Part shown: positions 1 through 20,199 of the stretch, piece after piece
Numbering within the stretch: position 1 is the first letter of the stretch
Layout: each line of letters opens with the position of its first letter
Assembly (NCBI GenBank): GCA_002269645.1
Contig: NIVC01000925.1
Span: 124,001 to 188,000 of the forward strand
DNA length: 64,000 bases
Direction of reading: 5' to 3'
Origin: Macrostomum lignano
Lineage: Eukaryota
Program-made: the position numbers and the translations under genes
Notes under the pieces: model-generated
Database searches by the model: none
Seen by the model: only the letters and a program-made list of their open reading frames with translations
Told to the model about the DNA's origin: nothing

Positions 1-6174
<6,174 letters not shown>

Positions 6175-6234
6175 GGGCTCTCGATGGCAGCTGGCAGATT
6201 TAATTTTTTAGTATTACCGTCGCTTATCGAGGCG

Positions 6235-6236
<2 letters not shown>

Positions 6237-6322
<86 letters not shown>

Positions 6323-6372
6323 AATTGATTAATTGATTTACTGATTGATTGATTGATTGATTGATTGGTTGG

Positions 6373-6403
<31 letters not shown>

Positions 6404-6471
6404 GTTGATTTATTGATTAATTGATTGATTGATTAGTTAATTGATTGGTTGATTGGTTGGTTGACTGATTG

Positions 6472-6502
<31 letters not shown>

Positions 6503-6626
6503 ATGGGTTAATTGATTGATTTGTTGATTGATTGATTTGTTGATTGATTGATTGGTTGATTATGGGTTGATTAATTGATTGATTGGTTGATTGATTGATT
6601 GACTGATTGATTGATTGATTGATGGA

Positions 6627-6716
<90 letters not shown>

Positions 6717-6784
6717 GTTGATTTATTGATTAATTGATTGATTGATTAGTGAATTGATTGGTTGATTGGTTGGTTGACTTATTG

Positions 6785-6815
<31 letters not shown>

Positions 6816-6840
6816 ATGGGTTGATTAATTAATTGATTGG

Positions 6841-6883
<43 letters not shown>

Positions 6884-6932
6884 ATTGATTGATTGATTAA
6901 TTGATTGGTTGATTGATTAATTGATTGATTGG

Positions 6933-6986
<54 letters not shown>

Positions 6987-7030
6987 ATGGGTTGGTTGAT
7001 TCATTGATTGATTGATTCACTGACTGATCA
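6237..7030 (+). repeat. (GATT)n microsatellite
   Basis: Directly visible, with ggtt/taat variants. Confidence 0.97.
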
Positions 7031-8084
7031 ACTAACATATTGCAGTCGAATTCTTTGACCAAAAATTCTTTTTCTGAAGCGCGTGTAGCTGTTAAAATTT
7101 TCACTGTAAGTTTATTTTGCCCTAATCAAGCGCGTATTTTAAACAATGGGGTATTCGCAGCAACGCAGCACATTCCCGAAGCCCCTCACTCTTTCATACC
7201 CCAAGGCAACTTGCATATAGCCACATAAATACATGCATGTTCCTACTTTAACATTTTTGCTGCCTGCTCACTTAAAATAACGTGTATTAATATTTAATTT
7301 AATGGATAAACTCTGTTTTAGAAATGACTATTTTCTTCCTTTAATTAGTTTACTCGTATTATTGGAAGTACGCCTAAATTATAGTAGAATTACAACAAAA
7401 ATTCTTCCGAAAAAGTTTTATCATCCATACAAATCCTTAGCCGCTTTTTTGCATATAAATCGATGTTTAGCTCTAAAGAAGTACATTTTTATATATTATA
7501 TATTTATATATTTTATAATAAGACTCAATTTCAATAAGAAATATATACATTAAATTTTGCCATTGGTTTTTGCAGATACTGCTGTCAAAACTATCATTGG
7601 TTACTGTTGATATTTTTATAATTACTTTTGCGCATTTGCCTACTTTTTGTTAGCAGCTACAAGTAGTAGCTAATGAAATCAGGTTGCTGCTTAATTGAAT
7701 ACATACAAGTGGCTAATACCGGTTTTAAAAGCCTTCAACTCAAAAGATTAATATTTTTGGTAGCTATAGTTAGGGAGTTACTTTAATTTGCTAGCTAAAT
7801 AGCAATTAAAGAAAATAAGCAAACTATTTAAATTTAGACTTACATTGAACAGTTAAGTGGGGCGCAGGACCCTGATGGTAAAGGGGGGAGGGGGGGTTGT
7901 GCGCAAGAGGGGTGAATACGCGACTAAGAAAAGAGGTGAAATTTACGAGCCAACCAAAAGTCAGGGAGGGAGAGAGATAAGAAGAACAAGATTAAACTAG
8001 GAGAGGGAGAGAAAACAGAGAAAACAGAGACGAGTGCAGATGAACTGAAGAACTAGTGGTCAAGCGCGCGCAAGACAGGGGAGA

Positions 8085-8315
8085 TGCACGTAGGCACTGA
8101 CACCGCCCCGGCACTTGCGCTGCCCAATGGAGGAGCCATCGCGCCGTGTGCCGATGACCGACGCACGAGAGAGCCCTGGACGCGCTCCACAGGTCCCTGC
8201 TGCTGCGCTACGCCAAAGGCGTGCACTACCCCGAGAAGTTGCCGACCAGAGAGATCTGATGGTCCGCGCCGGCATTCCACATCTGAGCGTTACCCTGCGC
8301 CGGGCGACGCCAGAA
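8085..8315 (+). mobile_element. RTE-type LINE reverse transcriptase 3' remnant
   Basis: Frameshifted translation LDALHRSLLLRYAKGVHYPEKL...MVRAGIPHLSVTLRR resembles the post-RT region of RTE-clade ORFs and is similar in character to 38690-39085. Confidence 0.6.
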
Positions 8316-8852
8316 GTAAAGTATTGCATATTGAAAATTATATTAAAAGAAGATGCGAGTTTATGCTTGTTGGACTTGATAATTAGGATCAGATCCAAAG
8401 ATTGAGCTAAATAGCTAGAGCAGCTATATGCTTATAGTTTAGATTCGTTAGATATTATATTAAATCTCATTAGATTAAGCTGCTTTATAACATATTAGAT
8501 TATTTAAAGATTACATATTAAATTAGATATTTACATTATTTATTAAATGTAATTTAATAGAATTAGATTACGCTAAGTTAGCTATATTTGAATGTATATT
8601 AATTACAATACATTTTGCTGGAATAATCCGAGTGCAGTTAAAGAAATTCGAATAATCGAGATGAAAAACTAGAACTTGGTCAGTTTAAATTATTGATCAT
8701 GTAGTGATTATTATAATTCACTTACAAGTAAATTTGACCATCAGTAATTCGAAGAATATTATGAAAATTATTATTAAAATGAACTTTTAATTAAAACTTC
8801 ATTCAAAAAGTGTAAGCGATAAAATCGTAAAACAGCAGCAACCTTCACAAGC

Positions 8853-10280
8853 TCACATCAAATCCAACAATATGAATGATTTGTACAAAACACTACAAGC
8901 AACTAATGCACCCACTGTGCTACTAACAGTAGCATCAGAAGATGAGGACAAACTTTCTGATGCATTATTTTTGTTTAATTCGCGTTGCTGGGTTTGCAGC
9001 ACGGCATCTTGACAAGGCAGTCCAGAGTCTCGCCGATCAGCCAGGTAGACTCGACAATCTGGTCCTACAACTTGTCGACAACCAAACCTTCCAGCTGGAT
9101 GCAAAGCAGATAATTGTCTTTGATGTCGCCGACAATTATTATTGACAGGGGATCTGCCTGTGTAGGGACAAGCCAGTCGGGAATCCCACTTAGAAACCAG
9201 GTGCTGCCGACAATCAATGCCCAGATGGTAGCGACAAATTCCAACTAGGCGAGGCATCAGATCTGACAAGGTCGGGAACTTCAGCTGACGGCGAGTCCAT
9301 CTACCGCCACCGTCGCGGCCGCTATCGGATTGGGTCAGCTCGATGCTGACCTCGTGGCACCTGCCTTCCTGGTCGCGCCGGGTTACGTAGGTCAGCTTAC
9401 CTGAACTGCTGCTATCGAACGTGTCAGCATTGATTGACCTTACCCTACCTTTGATAATGCCGCGACTGCCACAAAGCTCGTTGTTAGAAGTGTCGCTGCC
9501 GTCTCTCTCGATGTCACTGTCGTTTCTTTTGATATCGTCGCCGTCTCTTTTGATGTCACCGCCGTCTCCATTGATGTCGCCGCCGTCTCTTTTGAACTTG
9601 CCGCCATCTCTTTTGATCTTGCCGCCGTTTATTTTGATGTCGCCATCGTTTCTTTTGATGTGGCCGCCATCTCCTTTGATGTCGCCGCCGTCTCCTTTGA
9701 TTTCGCCGTTGTCTGTTTTGAACTTGCCGCCGTCTCTTTTGATCTTGCCGCCCTTTATTTTGATTTCGCCGTCGTCTCTTTTGATGTGGCCGCCATCTCC
9801 TTTGATGTCGCTGTCGTCTCCTTTGATTTCGCCGCCGTCTGTTTTGAACTTGCCGCCGTCTCTTTTGAACTTTCCGCCATCTCTTTTAATCTTGCCGTCA
9901 TTTATTTTGATATCGCCGCCATCTCTTTTAACGTCTCCACCTTCAACGCTTTCTCCGCTGCCTTTGTTCTTGCCGCCACTAACGTCGGCTTTATCAGCCT
10001 CTCCGCACAACTGATTATAAATTTTGCTTCCTTTGATGTTGCCGCCACCGGCGCTAACCACGCTTTTACCATCAACCAACAAGACCCACTCGCACTCCGT
10101 AGCCATCGGCAGTTGCATTAAAGCAATTAGCTGACTGATTTGTCTACCTCCAACTGTTTCTGTGAGCAGACGTACTGAATTATCCGGACAGTCTGGGATA
10201 CTGCCGTTTACCTGTGAGTACAGCTGAACTGTTATAAGCAGGATGAGCCATTTAGTATTTTTTCTGATGACGATCGGCAT
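8853..10280 (-). CDS. Single-exon secreted/putatively GPI-anchored protein (475 aa) with 21 heptad [I/F]-K-x-D-G-G-[D/K/E] repeats and Cys-containing flanking domains
   Basis: ATG at 10280. Basic n-region plus hydrophobic WLILLITVQLYSQVNG signal-like peptide. Repeat block 9492-9932 (441 nt = 21x21). C-terminal Ser-rich spacer plus hydrophobic tail. Uninterrupted ORF with non-repetitive flanks. Confidence 0.8.
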   Translation of the reverse strand: MPIVIRKNTKWLILLITVQLYSQVNGSIPDCPDNSVRLLTETVGGRQISQLIALMQLPMATECEWVLLVDGKSVVSAGGGNIKGSKIYNQLCGEADKADVSGGKNKGSGESVEGGDVKRDGGDIKINDGKIKRDGGKFKRDGGKFKTDGGEIKGDDSDIKGDGGHIKRDDGEIKIKGGKIKRDGGKFKTDNGEIKGDGGDIKGDGGHIKRNDGDIKINGGKIKRDGGKFKRDGGDINGDGGDIKRDGDDIKRNDSDIERDGSDTSNNELCGSRGIIKGRVRSINADTFDSSSSGKLTYVTRRDQEGRCHEVSIELTQSDSGRDGGGRWTRRQLKFPTLSDLMPRLVGICRYHLGIDCRQHLVSKWDSRLACPYTGRSPVNNNCRRHQRQLSALHPAGRFGCRQVVGPDCRVYLADRRDSGLPCQDAVLQTQQRELNKNNASESLSSSSDATVSSTVGALVACSVLYKSFILLDLM

Positions 10281-11134
10281 CTCTGCTTTGTGTCTTGATT
10301 TTTTACGAAATTTCGAGCACTGAGTATTCACTTCTACCAGCTAGAATATTTATCGCCATATAGGTTCCAGGTACGCCAAGGAATTGACAGGAAACTGAGT
10401 TCACCCTATTGGCTATGCCGATTTCGTCCAATAAATCATGGACCACTAAAAAAAGCATGGACCACTATCAAAACACACACTTGGACTTGAAGCCCTAAGC
10501 TTTTGTGCTACGCTTTTTTAGAATCGAAAACAAAGGTTTATTTCTGAAAAAAAGTTTTTATAATTTTTCATGTCTGATAATGATTGACTGGTTTCTTTTT
10601 CTGGTTTCCATTCCACGATGCTTTTACAGTGGTTTATGCCACCACTAGCTGGTCTATAGTCTTTCTGCAGAACATATAGTTTTTAATTAACTCGACATTC
10701 ACTTTCAGGACCGCGATCTGGCACCCCAGGGTCAAACATGACGGGTTTGCACCGAAAGGAAAAAAACAATGTTTTGACAATTTTTCAGCTTCAAAAAATT
10801 GATTGAAACCTTCTTGCGGCTGCTTGTGAATTTGGGAAAGTTGAGGCTAAGCAAGCCCAAGCTAATTCCGCAAGGTCAAGAACGTGACTTCAATTTGAAT
10901 GAAGTCTAGGTATAGACCTCAGTCTAGGTCAGGGTGACTCAGCATGTTTATTTAGCTACCAATTATTTTTTAGAATTCTAGCTTGCAATACACAATCAAT
11001 TATTATAATTAGCTCGTATTAGTAAATTTTTAGTTGAAATAAGCTGTTCGAACATTTAATTCGTCAATTTTTATATATATTTAACTAAAATGATTTGTTA
11101 GTTATCGCAAAAGTAACGAGAAGGAGTTTCAGAG

Positions 11135-11575
11135 TGAGAGAAATGCAGGGAGGGAGGGATGTGGAGGGAGGGAGAGAGATGCAGGGAGTGAAATGCAGGG
11201 AGGGAGATGCAGGGAGGGAGATGCAGGGAGTGAAATGCAGGGAGGGAGATGCAGGCAGATGCAGGGAGGGAGATGCAGGGAGGGAGATGCAGGGAGGGAG
11301 ATGCAGGGAGGGAGATGCAGGGAGGGAGATGCAGGGAGGGAGATGCAGGGAGTGAAATGCAGGGAGGGAGATGCAGGCAGATGCAGGGAGGGAGATGCAG
11401 GGAGGGAGATGCAGGGAGGGAGATGCAGGGAGGGAGATGCAGGGAGGGAGATGCAGGGAGGGAGATGCAGGGAGGGAGATGCAGGGAGGGAGATGCAGGG
11501 AGGGAGATGCAGGGAGGGAGATGCAGGGAGGGAGATGCAGGGAGGGAGATGCAGGGAGGGAGATGCAGGGAGAGG
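11135..11575. repeat. 14-bp minisatellite (GGGAGGGAGATGCA)n
   Basis: Directly visible, ~30 copies. Confidence 0.95.
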
Positions 11576-12236
11576 GCGAAAACTCTGGATTGATTTTCCC
11601 CAGGTTAAAGCGAGTTTCACTATTAACTCACTGACAGGAAATCTAAAAAAAGCAACGTCAGCAAATGCGTTTCAGATAGAAAAACGAGTTTGCTAATCGA
11701 ATTTGGTTAAACTGCATATGCTTAGCAAACACAGGTATTTCGAGAAATTGTTTGAGTTCAATTTTATCCAGGCAAGGCAGGGGTCAAAGGTCAATTTTAG
11801 TTTCTTTCATTTCGATACCAAGCTTTTACTCAATGAGCTGGTTTGTTGCATCCAATTCAAACAATATCAATTCGGCATATTCACAATTCAACTCGGGCCG
11901 TCGTCACGTCTTCGGAGTCGGTGTCGGCAGTCAATCTCACCGGTCTCTTGTCAGTGTCTCCAGTCGGCTCCAGTCGTTTTTTTATCTCATCTCATCTCTC
12001 GTATTCAACTGACGTTATTTTTCAACACTTTTTCTATACTTAACGCTCGTATGGTCTGTACCTAGCAAAATTTTGCTAGTCTCTAGCAAATTTTTAAGGG
12101 GGAGCTGGCTGGTCTAATCCAGTCTCATCTCTATTCAGTCATTTCAGTCTTGTCATCGGTTCAAAATACTACTCATTAAAAATCAAAAGTTTAAAATTGT
12201 CTTAATATTTTGCATTCACTCTACTCTTTTGTATTC

Positions 12237-13620
12237 TGTGGTGCCGTAGCGCTGTGCTCTGGGCGCTGACTAACTAACTTAAGTTATGTACGTGACGTGC
12301 ACACCATTCTTTCCTCTCCCTTCGCTCTGACTGGCAATATCCCTAAGCTTCCATGCATTTGTACGTAGTTTATTGTCATCACGTGACTCTATTTTGGTGT
12401 TCTCTCAGCCCCTGCTCGTCTCATTATTAAATAGGCTACTTGCTAGTTAAAATAAACCTTGAGTTTCTTTATGCCAAATTCACGGCACGACAATGGCGTC
12501 GCAAGCAAGTGACCTGCCACTAAACGATCCAGCCATAACTGAGGCATGGCTCAGGAGTTTCGCCGCACTCATTCGAAGCAAGAAGCTGACGGACTCCAAT
12601 GAAGATCGCCAGATTACTGACCTTTCCAAGGCGGGAGTCGAGGCAGTCCGCAGAGTGTTTGTCATGGCGCAGCCCAAGGAACAGGAGAACATGGATTTCG
12701 CTGACATTCGTAAACTGATCATGGAGAAGGTGGCAACCAAGAAAAGGCTGGTCATTGCGGAGAGGTCCAAATTCATGGCACTTCGACAGGATACTGGCGA
12801 ATCGATTAAGCAATTTGCACAGCGCCTCAGGGATGCCTCCAGGTACTGCGAATTCAGCAAGCTGAACGCTGAGGGCTGCCATCAGACTGCCGAGGACGAG
12901 ATCATTCAGACGATGCTGATCAGCGGACAGCAGTACAGCAGCTCCGATCAGGTCAAGCAGTCATCGACCAGCTCCAGCACCCCGGCTGAGCAGCCAGCCC
13001 CAGCAGCCATCGCCAGCGTGGACAAGAACCGAAGTGCCGGAAAGCAGTGCAAGTTCTGTGGCCGAAAGCACCCAAGCGGCCGATGTCCAGCCTGGGGCAA
13101 GACGTGGACGCCGCAACCACTTCGCAGCCGTGTGCAAAAGCAGCGCCCAGAACAAGTCGGCACACGAGCTCGAGACTGAGGAACCGGAAGGCAACCTAGC
13201 TCGCAACCCAGTCTTCACCGTCAGCAGCTAGAATAAGAGCAAGACGAGCAGCATCAATAATGTGAAGCTGGACGGTAAGCTCCTAGCGATGCAGCTCGAT
13301 TCTGGATCGGACGCCAGCATCATCCCCAAGAACTTTTGGAAAGCCTTGGGTGAACCTCGGCTCAAGCGGTGTCCCAGGCAGCTTCGCCAGTTCGATGGGT
13401 CTGTCATCAAGACCCTCGGTTGCTTCTTGGCTGTAGTAGAGGTCAGCGACAGAGTTGCCTGCATCGAGGTTACTGTGGTCGCATGCGAGAAGAACCATGG
13501 ACTGCTGGGCACCGATGCTTTGGACTTAAAGCTCGACGGAGTTGCCATCAACCACGCTGAGGTGACACCCCGCTAGGCAAGCTGCGGGACTTCAGGGCTC
13601 GGATTGTCTTGAAAGGGGGC
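12237..13620 (+). mobile_element. Decayed Ty3/gypsy LTR retrotransposon: possible 5' LTR, gag, protease, truncated at start of RT
   Basis: Gag (12493-): ERSKFMALRQDTGESIKQFAQRL and zinc knuckle CKFCGRKHPSGRCPAWGKT/NHFAAVC split by a frameshift. Protease LDSGSDASII (13262-13576). GKLRDFRARIVLK follows. Upstream TG...AATAAA...CA segment is LTR-like, with boundaries uncertain. Confidence 0.85.
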
Positions 13621-13744
13621 CGTAGCCCAGCGGTAGCGCAGCTGCTCTGGTGTGCCAGCGACCCAGGCTCGATTCCAAGTGCAGTCACATTAATTTGGGG
13701 CTGAATTGGCTTGGCTCTGCTCGTGCAATTAACGGCCTTGAGAG

Positions 13745-13925
13745 CCAACCCCCCAAGGCGCAGAGAAGTGTACATGCCTAACGATAAAATAAAGTTAGGG
13801 CCGCTGTACACTCCTGTGTGAGTGTGTGCCTGCGTACGTATCCGCGCGCTTGTATGCCTGCTCAGGGGAGTCGGCGGAATGGGCAGTAATGCCTCTCGCC
13901 GGTTGTGTGCCTATGTCGCTTAAAG
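13745..13925 (+). repeat. Dispersed repeat, copy A (copy B at 42580-42795)
   Basis: Shared cctaacgataa(a)ataaagttag..ggcc.ctgtacac...gtatccgcgcgc...agtaatgcctctcgccgg. Confidence 0.85.
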
Positions 13926-14159
13926 TGCGCCAGGGTGCACACAACCCCCCTGCCTCTAATAAAAAAAAGCTATTTCGAGGCCCGTCAGGTACAGATCCAC
14001 GTGAAGCCGCTGGTCATCAAGAAGCTGCGGAAGATATAAATATACTGGTTTGGGCCCTGCGCCCACTTACTGCCCCTCTTAGTATTCAATTTAACTCCAA
14101 TTAAATATTCTCTAGTTTTTAGTCTTATTTTCTCTTCATAGGGACTGATCGCTTGTCTT

Positions 14160-14400
14160 CATTCGATCATAAAGACTGACTGGTTGATTGCCTCAATTCA
14201 GTCATAGAGACTGATTGCTTGAGTTAATTCGGTCATAGAGACAGACTGATTGTCTCAATTCGGTCATAGAGACTGACTGATTATCTCAATTCAGTCATAG
14301 AGACTGATTGCTTGAGTTAATTCTGTCATAGAGACTGACTGATTGTCTCAATTCAGTCATAGAGACCGATTGCTTGTCTAAATTCGGTCATAGAGACTGA
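14160..14400. repeat. ~30-bp minisatellite
   Basis: Unit approximately tcatagagactgactgattgtctcaattcgg. Confidence 0.85.
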
Positions 14401-15674
14401 CCTCAATATGTGACTTTCTATCAGTTCATAGACAGACATAAAGCAGTGCGATAGCTAATCAAATTCGATATGCTACTTACTAATCAACAAGCAAATAAGT
14501 AGTATGTAAAGTAAGTGACTCAAGAGAATTAATACGGTTCTTATTACTTTTACTAAATAGAACTTGGCTATGATCACAAATGTTTGTAGTGTGACAGTAA
14601 AATTGCGGAAGGGATGCGGGCACTCTGGCGCAACGCCTTCGACTACATCGTGCCGCAACCAGCGTTTGAGGCGATTCTGATTTTCTAATCGTCAGGATGT
14701 GCACTCTCTGTGCTTTATTTAGTTGGCTCCACAGATACTAGAATAACAGTTACTCTAGTATCTGTGGCTAGGAGTCGAGGCGCGAGAGCTGCTCCTGCCC
14801 TTCTAGTTAGAGGAATCTTCTCAAGGTGAAAAGAGGTTAAAAAATCATGTATCCTGACCCTGGTGGATCCAAATATGCTAGCAAAAATTCAAGGTATAGC
14901 GATTGAATAGATTCACGATATAACCATAGCAGCAGAAAGTGTCACACGAGCCATTTAACCTCATCTAGATGCTCTCAAAAATTCAAGTTGAAGCAAAAAA
15001 GTTATAATTATCAACGCTTGTAAGAATGCATTAGGTATAGAAGCTTATAATGGAATGAACCCACACACTGCCCCATCTTCTGCTTTCGGTGGTATAGCAG
15101 CAAGTTCGTTCGATAAGCCAGCCCCGCAAATGGCAACGGCACGGCAAGCATTCGAAGTGGGACAGGGTTGGTGCGACGGGCGGCTGGGGGAGGGAGAAGG
15201 TTATGGGGAAAAATCCATAGCTTGGTAAGTACGCCGCAGTTCCGTAGGATCCTGCACGCGGTGAACGCAAGTTAGAACAACTGAAAAGGTTAAACGGTGG
15301 CTAGAAAATGCTTCTGTTCCTGTCCTAGCGTTGTTGTAGCTTTACCATTTTTGGCATGGTCTTTGCAACTGAGAGAGGAGGAAAGGAAAGTCGAAAGATA
15401 TGGAGGGGAGCCATCCATTTGACCTGAACTGCGAGGCGTTGGTCGAAGTTGGTCGTCCCTCGCTTTCAAGAGATGCACAGGATTCGGTATGTGCATCTCC
15501 CATCTCTCTCCCCCGGCCCCCAGTCCCCAATCCCCAACCTTCAAGCCTCCCACATTTTCTTGGCTTATACCAGAACCCTCTTCGGCACCAGGTAGAAGCA
15601 AGGGGGCGATTCTTTCGACAAGACAGATATTAGAGTTCCATACATTCAAGCAAGTAGAATACATTCATTGCAAA

Positions 15675-16562
15675 ATGGTGAGTTCAGTTTATTTCTATTG
15701 TAAATTTATGCACGTTCTAGAACCTAATCACCGTCTGTTTATGTTTCCAGGCACTAGTAGTGGACGAGTTCACTGTCCCGGAGGACAAGGTCAACTGTGA
15801 GTGACTAAAGCGAGTGAATTTTCTTTTTGAATTCAAATATTAACTCAACGTCTTTTATTTGAACCTCCCAGCCGCCAAGGATGTGTTCAAGAAGTTCGAC
15901 AAAAAAGGCCAGGGTCGCATCAGCACGATGGACCTCGGGCCAGCTTTCAAGGCGTTGAACCTCAACGCCAAGGCCGACCAACTGAAGGAATGGGCCGATC
16001 TTGTCGATGAGGAAGGTGAGCAGGCTGAGACCTCTGATTTGTTGAGCACCACTAAGAGACGTAATTAATCACACAGCTGACATATTTCCTTTGCAGCCAC
16101 CGGCTTCATCAACCAGGATGGCTTCCTGACTCTTTTCGGCAAGAAGCTGAAGTACGACCAGGACGAGCGGGACCTTCGCGACGCTTTTCGCATCCTCGAT
16201 AAGAAAAAGACCGGCGAAATTGACGTCGAGGATCTGCGGTGAGAAATACAATTATAAATCATATTCAGATTCGCTACTTGCCTACTAATAGTAGCCTAAA
16301 GCAACATAAAAATCCGTTTTATCATTCGAAACAGGTGGCTGCTAAAAAGCCTTGGCGACGACTTGACCGAGGAGGACATTGACGACATGATCCGCGAGAC
16401 CGACACTGACGGCTCCGGGTTTGTTGATTTCGACGGTAAGCGGGCCTGACCCCAAAAGGGGGGCGAACTGCTAGTCCACTATACTAAAATAATAGATTGT
16501 GAAATTCCATAACATACATGCAAAACATTTCAGAGTTTTACAAACTGATGAACTCGGAGTGA
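15675..16562 (+). CDS. TnC: Troponin C, lophotrochozoan (mollusc-like) type, 154 aa
   Basis: Exons 15675..15677 (ATG only), 15751..15796, 15872..16015, 16097..16238, 16335..16435, 16534..16562, all GT-AG and in phase. Protein MALVVDEFTVPEDKVNSAKDVFKKFDKKGQGRIST...DLRWLLKSLGDDLTEEDIDDMIRETDTDGSGFVDFDEFYKLMNSE has four EF-hands and closely resembles recalled scallop TnC. Confidence 0.9.
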
Positions 16563-17249
16563 ACTCCAGCATCCAAGTGCCGCCCCAACAAGCGGGTCCG
16601 ACATGCAAAATGCCTAATTAGTTATACATTAATATTCGTAGTCGGTCATTTTTTAGCTACTCAAACAATGCCGCCTCAATACATTTTGTTGCACCCGAAT
16701 TTATCCGGCACCGCAGTTGCTATTCGCAAATCTTAAAACACTGAAAGACGTTCTTGTTTCTGTGGCAATTTACCTTTGTCTGAGGCGCGGCCCTAAAGTG
16801 ACTCTCGAAACCTCTTTATAACAAAAGCTACTTACTGTGTTTTAATACTCTCGATGTCTTTTCTTTGCTTTCAATAGTCTTACAATCTTCCCCCTATTTC
16901 TCTCCTTCCTATGTACTTTTATGCTATAGGAAAGCTTGTTAATTAAAACAAAAAAGACTAGCAAATTATTAATTCTCATCGTTAAATCTTCATGGTTATT
17001 TTAAGGGTGGTGACTAGTGACTAAAGTGGTTTATTCTATTGTAAAAATTAGGCCAATGTAACAACACTTGTTGAACTTGTTGGCGGACTGCATTGTCAAA
17101 AAATAAACAAGAATAAAGAGTGCCTTACGAGCATCCGTGAGTCAGGATGCAAACTGCACGGCCCTTGATCACTATTTATTCATCGATTTAAGCAAATGTA
17201 AACAACTTTTCACATTGTTGACGATTCTCTTTTAACGATCATGCAACCA

Positions 17250-17843
<594 letters not shown>

Positions 17844-18429
17844 AAACTGTCGATCTATCTTCCATCGATTAACTGCCCTCTGTCGCGGCTGTCCTGACTC
17901 AACACAACTAAACCCGACTCGCTTACTCAAATCCGGCACTAAAACCAGAAAGCCGACAGGGCAATTTTCTTACCGATTGTTTCAAAAGACGAAACCGGAA
18001 CTGAGAATCTCAGCTCAGAACGATTCGAAATCACTGCTGACGTGGCACATTTTGCAGTGAATTATAGAAATTTTCTGCCTCAGCTATAAAGCCACAGTCT
18101 GTTTCATTTCCTTACTGATCGGGCTCTGACGCGAGTGAATTTAAACTAAACAACTAAACAAACGAATTCACAGTCAGGATAAAAAATCATCAGCCAGGTA
18201 TTCCTGCCAATATGGCACCTTTTTGATTGTTGCTCTAATTGGCACGCCATAAAAACTAATCAACTCCAGTGCAGTCAGAGGGGTGCCAGTCAGAGCGGCA
18301 GTCAAAAATATGCGCGGCACTGAGCGTCCAATTCTGTGAGTGACTTTGCTCTGGGGCATCGATACAGTGTGACTAAGGTAAGTATTGCAGGTGTTACAGA
18401 TTAAAAAATGTATCTTGCTGTAGGCTCGA

Positions 18430-18650
18430 GTCTAACAGGTGAAAACGTGTCTCTCACAGGGGAACAGCAAGTCTAACAGGTGAGTCTCTCACAGGGAAAC
18501 AGCAGCAAGTCTAACAGGTCAAACCGTGTCTCTCACAGGGGAAACAGCAAGTCTAACAGGTGAGTCTCTCACACGGGAAACAGCAGCAAGTCTAACAGGT
18601 GAAAACGTGTCTCTCACAGGGGAAACGTAAAGTTTAACAGGTGAAAACAT
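18430..18650. repeat. ~36-42-bp minisatellite
   Basis: Unit aagtctaacaggtga(aaacgt)gtctctcacaggggaacagc, 5-6 copies. Confidence 0.85.
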
Positions 18651-18727
18651 GTCTTCTGTAATAACGGAAGACAATATTCGATCCAAAAAAGGACGCTAAG
18701 GTGTTTTTCATTGGTGTTGTTACCGGC

Positions 18728-20102
<1,375 letters not shown>

Positions 20103-20199
20103 TGAGACTCGGAGATGTAAACGCCTCTTTAAAGCGATCCGTTGATCCTATATAAAAGTTAAAATTATATAGGGAAGTTGTTCATAGACGTTGAATTGC

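Noticed and set aside
15035-15232. Open frame MNPHTAPSS...KSIAW ending at a gtaagt donor, as an alternative TnC first exon
   Set aside because: Ends in phase 2 whereas TnC exon 2 needs phase 0. No recognisable homology.
18174-18359. 61-aa minus-strand ORF
   Set aside because: Short, no recognisable motif or supporting exons.
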